12,079 bases of DNA from a virus. Position numbers and translations under genes: made by a program. Shown here one piece after another: positions 9,288 through 12,079 of the stretch; the stretch's first letter is position 1; each line of letters opens with the position of its first letter. The stretch lies in the UHGV virus genome UHGV-0141735, one strand, 5' to 3'. The notes under the pieces were generated by a model. The model was not told where the DNA came from, made no database searches, and saw nothing but the letters and a program-made list of their open reading frames with translations.

Positions 9288-9521
9288 ATGCGCATTGAAA
9301 TAATGATCGATAAAGAGCAGAAGATTAGCCAGTCTACCCTAGACGCCCTTGAATCCGAGCTTTACCGCAATCTGCGCCCCCTGTATCCCAAAACGGTAAT
9401 TCGCATTCGCAAAGGTAGCTCTAACGGTGTGGAACTAACCGGACTGCAACTGGACGAAGAAAGAAAACAAGTGATGAAAATTATGCAGAAGGTGTGGGAA
9501 GACGACAGCTGGCTGCATTAA
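9288..9521 (+). CDS. DinI-family protein (186 Tum-like SOS-inducible module)
   Basis: 77 aa, MRIEIMIDKEQ...LDALESELYRNL...KIMQKVWEDDSWLH, collinear with E. coli DinI (MRIEVTIAK...ILQETWESADDWF). GAGGTG RBS 6 nt upstream. Confidence 0.85.
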   Translation: MRIEIMIDKEQKISQSTLDALESELYRNLRPLYPKTVIRIRKGSSNGVELTGLQLDEERKQVMKIMQKVWEDDSWLH

Positions 9522-9656
9522 GAAACGTTGCTGGCGTCTGAACTTGCTTCTGGCGTCAGCAAGGTTGAACAACGAGCCCTTGCGAGGCGTTAGCTCTGTA
9601 GTGCATGTCTATGCCGCATGAGATCGCATGATCGTTTGAGGATCGTTTTTGCTAAG

Positions 9657-9680
9657 GCCCGCCAGAACTGGCGGGCTTTT
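9657..9680 (+). terminator. Rho-independent terminator closing the early/SOS operon
   Basis: GCCCGCCAG / CTGGCGGGC inverted repeat (9-nt arms) followed by TTTT. Confidence 0.55.
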
Positions 9681-9725
9681 GCGTAGATCATGCAGGTGCA
9701 TGAAAACCACTACATAAAGCGGGCA

Positions 9726-9745
9726 GGCGTGGCGGGGATACGAGC
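9726..9745. other. cos-like sequence (P2/186-type cohesive-end site) GGCGTGGCGGGGATACGAGC
   Basis: Matches the first 13 nt of the P2/186 cohesive end as recalled from memory (GGCG[A/T]GGCGGGGA), followed by GCGCGCT as remembered for the P2 left end. Lies between the early region and the portal side, where cos is expected. Confidence 0.45.
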
Positions 9746-9854
9746 GCGCGCTCATGGTTGAATTAATGAAATTATGGTGTTAAATAGGCTAGCTTTTTAA
9801 GTCGTGAATATTCAATTTTTCAACTCATTTTTTTCATAGGGAGGAGTAATTGAC

Positions 9855-10553
9855 ATGGTTATGTTAGTGGATGACTGTCCACGATGTGGATCACAAAAAA
9901 TAGCGTTTGATGTTAATGGGCTGAATTGCACTAGGGTTTACAATGCATTGGGCGGGGGTAAAACATACGAGTACGAGGTCTATTGTGTTTGCCGAGAGTG
10001 TCATAAAACGACAATGTTTCTTTGCAGACCTTTAACGAAAAATAAAAATTTAGATGGCTATAATTGGGAAAGTGGAATATTCGGCTTAAAGGAAGTTGCA
10101 GAGGTTGTTAGGCCTATATCACCGGCAGACTTAGCAGTAGAGGAGCCACCAGAGTTCTTACCTGAGCATATCAATAGTGCATATGAGGAAGGGGCGAAAT
10201 GTTTGGCTATAGGTTGTTATAATGCAGCAGCAACCATGTTTAGGCTTTGCCTTGATTATGCCACAAAAGGACTTCTTCCTGATGGGGAGCAAGGGCCTGC
10301 GCAAAAAATAAGGAGAAGCCTAGGGTTAAGAATGGAGTGGTTATTTGATAATCATCTACTGCCTGAAGCTTTAAGGGAACTAGCTGAATGCGTTAAAGAT
10401 GACGGAAATGATGGAGCGCATGAAGGTATTTTGGATAAAGCTGCTGCTGAGGATCTTGAAGATTTTACCTATCTTTTTTTAGAACGGCTTTACACTGAAC
10501 CTCAACGCCTTATCGAAGCCAAGACAAGGCGTGAACAAAGAAGAAACAAATAA
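9855..10553 (+). CDS. AT-rich cargo protein (232 aa): N-terminal four-Cys zinc ribbon plus acidic all-alpha C-terminal domain; unknown function, defence candidate
   Basis: Strong RBS AGGGAGGAG 8 nt upstream of ATG 9855 and an AT-rich upstream region. CPRCG...CVCRECH zinc ribbon. C-terminal LRELAECVKDDGNDGAHEG motif. Sits between the cos-like site and the portal stop (8-bp gap), convergent with the portal fragment. Confidence 0.75.
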   Translation: MVMLVDDCPRCGSQKIAFDVNGLNCTRVYNALGGGKTYEYEVYCVCRECHKTTMFLCRPLTKNKNLDGYNWESGIFGLKEVAEVVRPISPADLAVEEPPEFLPEHINSAYEEGAKCLAIGCYNAAATMFRLCLDYATKGLLPDGEQGPAQKIRRSLGLRMEWLFDNHLLPEALRELAECVKDDGNDGAHEGILDKAAAEDLEDFTYLFLERLYTEPQRLIEAKTRREQRRNK

Positions 10554-10561
10554 GTTCGGAA

Positions 10562-11200
10562 TTATTCTTCTGAAAGAATATAGGGCGTAAATTTAATCAC
10601 TTCTTCGCCCAGCCAGTCGTTCAGCTCTTGTAGCCTTTTTTGCAAGGGCGTTAATTCATTACGTACAAATACGCGACTGGCCTTCTCCACATCCCCAAAC
10701 CCTCCAACATTATTAGGCATAATCCCCATCATTTGCGGCGGCACGCGGTGCGCAGCCATCATGTCGTCGCGGCTGACATTTTTGATATTCAAAAACTCAT
10801 CCTTCGCCGCGACTTCTGACAATGGGATGATCTGAAGCCCGTCTTTTTTGCCGTTAGGCGAGTACATAAACAGGTTGCGGAAGTTGCCTGGACCTTTGGC
10901 GCTTTTCATCGCATTGCGGAGGTTGTTCACATCCTCCTGGTTTTGCGCGGCATCGGTCATGTACATGATAAAGCCCGCATGACTGCCGTTAATGTAATAC
11001 TTGCGACGGAACAGCGTGGCGGACTCGTTGAGCAGGGCTGACGGAATGGCAGAAAGATAACCGGGCAGGCCGTAGATCTCCTGATTAATATCCGGTTCCA
11101 TCAGATGAAAAATGCTGCCTTTCGTGAACTGATACGGCTGGGTTGTCATACCGTATTGCACAAACCAGTAGGTAACGGTTTTACGACCAGTATTGAACTT
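10562..11200 (-). pseudogene. Q: 5'-truncated portal gene (P2 gpQ family), C-terminal roughly 210 codons retained
   Basis: From about TGRKTVTYWFVQ to the C-terminus (DMMAAHRVPPQMMGIMPNNVGGFGDVEKASRVFVRNELTPLQKRLQELNDWLGEEV) the translation reads as a portal protein. The ORF's N-terminal 45 residues are low-complexity and overlap the ogr start, so the upstream boundary (about 11200) is approximate. Confidence 0.65.
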
Positions 11201-11301
11201 GAAGTGAAAATTGGTGATCTTGAAATGGAATAAATGGTTCTCAATATTGATATTTTGTGTATCATTGCAATGATTCTGATAGCAAAGGTAGGGATCTGGA
11301 T

Positions 11302-11520
11302 ATGATGAATTGTCCAAAGTGTGGTCATGCGGCGCACACAAGGAGCAGTTTTCAAGTAACAGAAAGCACCAAAGAGCGTTACTGCCAGTGCCAAAATATT
11401 AACTGCGGGAGCACTTTTGTTACCCATGAAACAGTGGTCCGGTTTATTGTGACACCTGCAGTGATTGCCACAGCCCCTCCACATCCATTGCCAGGTGGTC
11501 AGGGCCATATGAATTTTTAA
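11302..11520 (+). CDS. ogr: Ogr/Delta-family zinc-finger late-gene transcriptional activator
   Basis: MMNCPKCGHAAHTRSS...KERYCQCQNINCGSTFVTHETVVRFIV...PHPLPGGQ is collinear with P2 Ogr (CxxC-x22-CxC-x4-C). Start at ATG 11302 preferred over the longer 11257 ORF. Confidence 0.9.
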   Translation: MMNCPKCGHAAHTRSSFQVTESTKERYCQCQNINCGSTFVTHETVVRFIVTPAVIATAPPHPLPGGQGHMNF

Positions 11521-11527
11521 GAAAGAG

Positions 11528-11549
11528 AACCTGCTACGGCAGGTTTTTA
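11528..11549 (+). terminator. Hairpin plus T-tract after ogr (AACCTGC-TACG-GCAGGTT-TTTTA)
   Basis: 7-bp stem, 4-nt loop, followed by TTTTTA. The stop of the convergent minus-strand gene lies in the T-tract. Confidence 0.45.
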
Positions 11550-12029
11550 TTCATCTGGGATCTCACCCGTTTCAAGAAAATGTATAAAGCCAGGCTCATC
11601 TATGATGATAGTGCCTTTCATCCTGGCTGCCGATACTTTTGATGGGCCTGCATTGTAACCGCAACAGAGCATCTGAAGGTTTTGGGTTACAGATGTTCTT
11701 ACCGTTAATCCTTGTTCATTCGCCTTATCAACCAACCTTTCTTTATCTGCTTTCTTAAATCCGGTGAAACACACATCGAATGTATTTTTTTTCGGACCTG
11801 ACTGCTTAGTGAGATGTGAGTAGTTTTCGGGGAGGAATGACGCGCATTCCTGAATGGCTTGTTCTTGTGAATCGTATTGTTTAAGAATGCGGTCTTTTCG
11901 GAAGGTTTTTATTCGATCGGTGTTCTTACAAATGCCCTGTATGTGATTTTCGCTATAACTGATGCTCTGTATTGAGTGAACACCGATACGACCATTTGCA
12001 TTGATGTAAACAAAGTGAAGTTCTTCCAT
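11547..12029 (-). CDS. Small BRCT-domain protein (160 aa) with a beta-rich N-terminal domain; unknown function
   Basis: Good SD (AAGAGG) upstream of ATG. C-terminal VCFTGFKKADKERLVDKANEQGLTVRTSVTQNLQMLCCGYNAGPSKVSAARMKGTIIIDEPGFIHFLETGE fits the BRCT pattern (hydrophobic-TG start, central G-G/S-K, C-terminal hydrophobic acidic end). AT-rich relative to the prophage core. Confidence 0.65.
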   Translation of the reverse strand: MEELHFVYINANGRIGVHSIQSISYSENHIQGICKNTDRIKTFRKDRILKQYDSQEQAIQECASFLPENYSHLTKQSGPKKNTFDVCFTGFKKADKERLVDKANEQGLTVRTSVTQNLQMLCCGYNAGPSKVSAARMKGTIIIDEPGFIHFLETGEIPDE

Positions 12030-12079
12030 GTCAAACCTCTTTGCATGATTTCAAGATGGCGACAGGCAAGATGGACGCA

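Noticed and set aside
9522-9854. CRISPR array or ncRNA in the 333-bp intergenic region
   Set aside because: Only short imperfect repeats (CTGGCGTC twice, GCATG repeats), with no regular repeat-spacer periodicity; better explained as a terminator plus cos/packaging region.
9855-10553. HEPN nuclease assignment for the 232-aa cargo protein
   Set aside because: No Rx4-6H motif is present (the only candidate Arg is 15 residues from the His of GNDGAH), so an RNase HEPN call is not supported by the sequence.
11146-11508. 120-aa minus-strand ORF antisense to ogr, and the N-terminal 45 codons of the 10562-11341 ORF
   Set aside because: Overlap the well-supported ogr gene and its upstream region; translations are Cys/His-rich low-complexity with no homology pattern.

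Overview
This window reads as a compact P2/186-family (Peduovirus-like) prophage-derived element from an enterobacterium. All calls come from reading the sequence and ORF translations; no database search was run. Left to right: an AT-rich 411-aa cargo gene (-), a tyrosine integrase (-), a CI-type repressor (-), an early promoter region with direct-repeat operators, a rightward early operon (Apl/Cox-like, CII-like, small ORFs, TraR/DksA zinc finger, Dam methylase, a 276-aa unknown, replication initiator gpA), a LexA-box-controlled DinI/Tum-like module, a terminator, a cos-like sequence, an AT-rich 232-aa zinc-ribbon cargo gene (+), a 5'-truncated portal gene (-), the late activator Ogr (+), and a small BRCT-domain gene (-). 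Every capsid, tail and lysis gene expected between the portal and ogr is missing, so the element keeps integration, immunity, replication, cos and Ogr but no virion genes. The three AT-rich cargo genes (50-1285, 9855-10553, 11547-12029) sit at int-proximal, cos/portal-proximal and ogr-proximal junctions and are the best candidates for undescribed anti-phage or toxin-like functions. No rRNA, tRNA, CRISPR array or recognisable att core was found.
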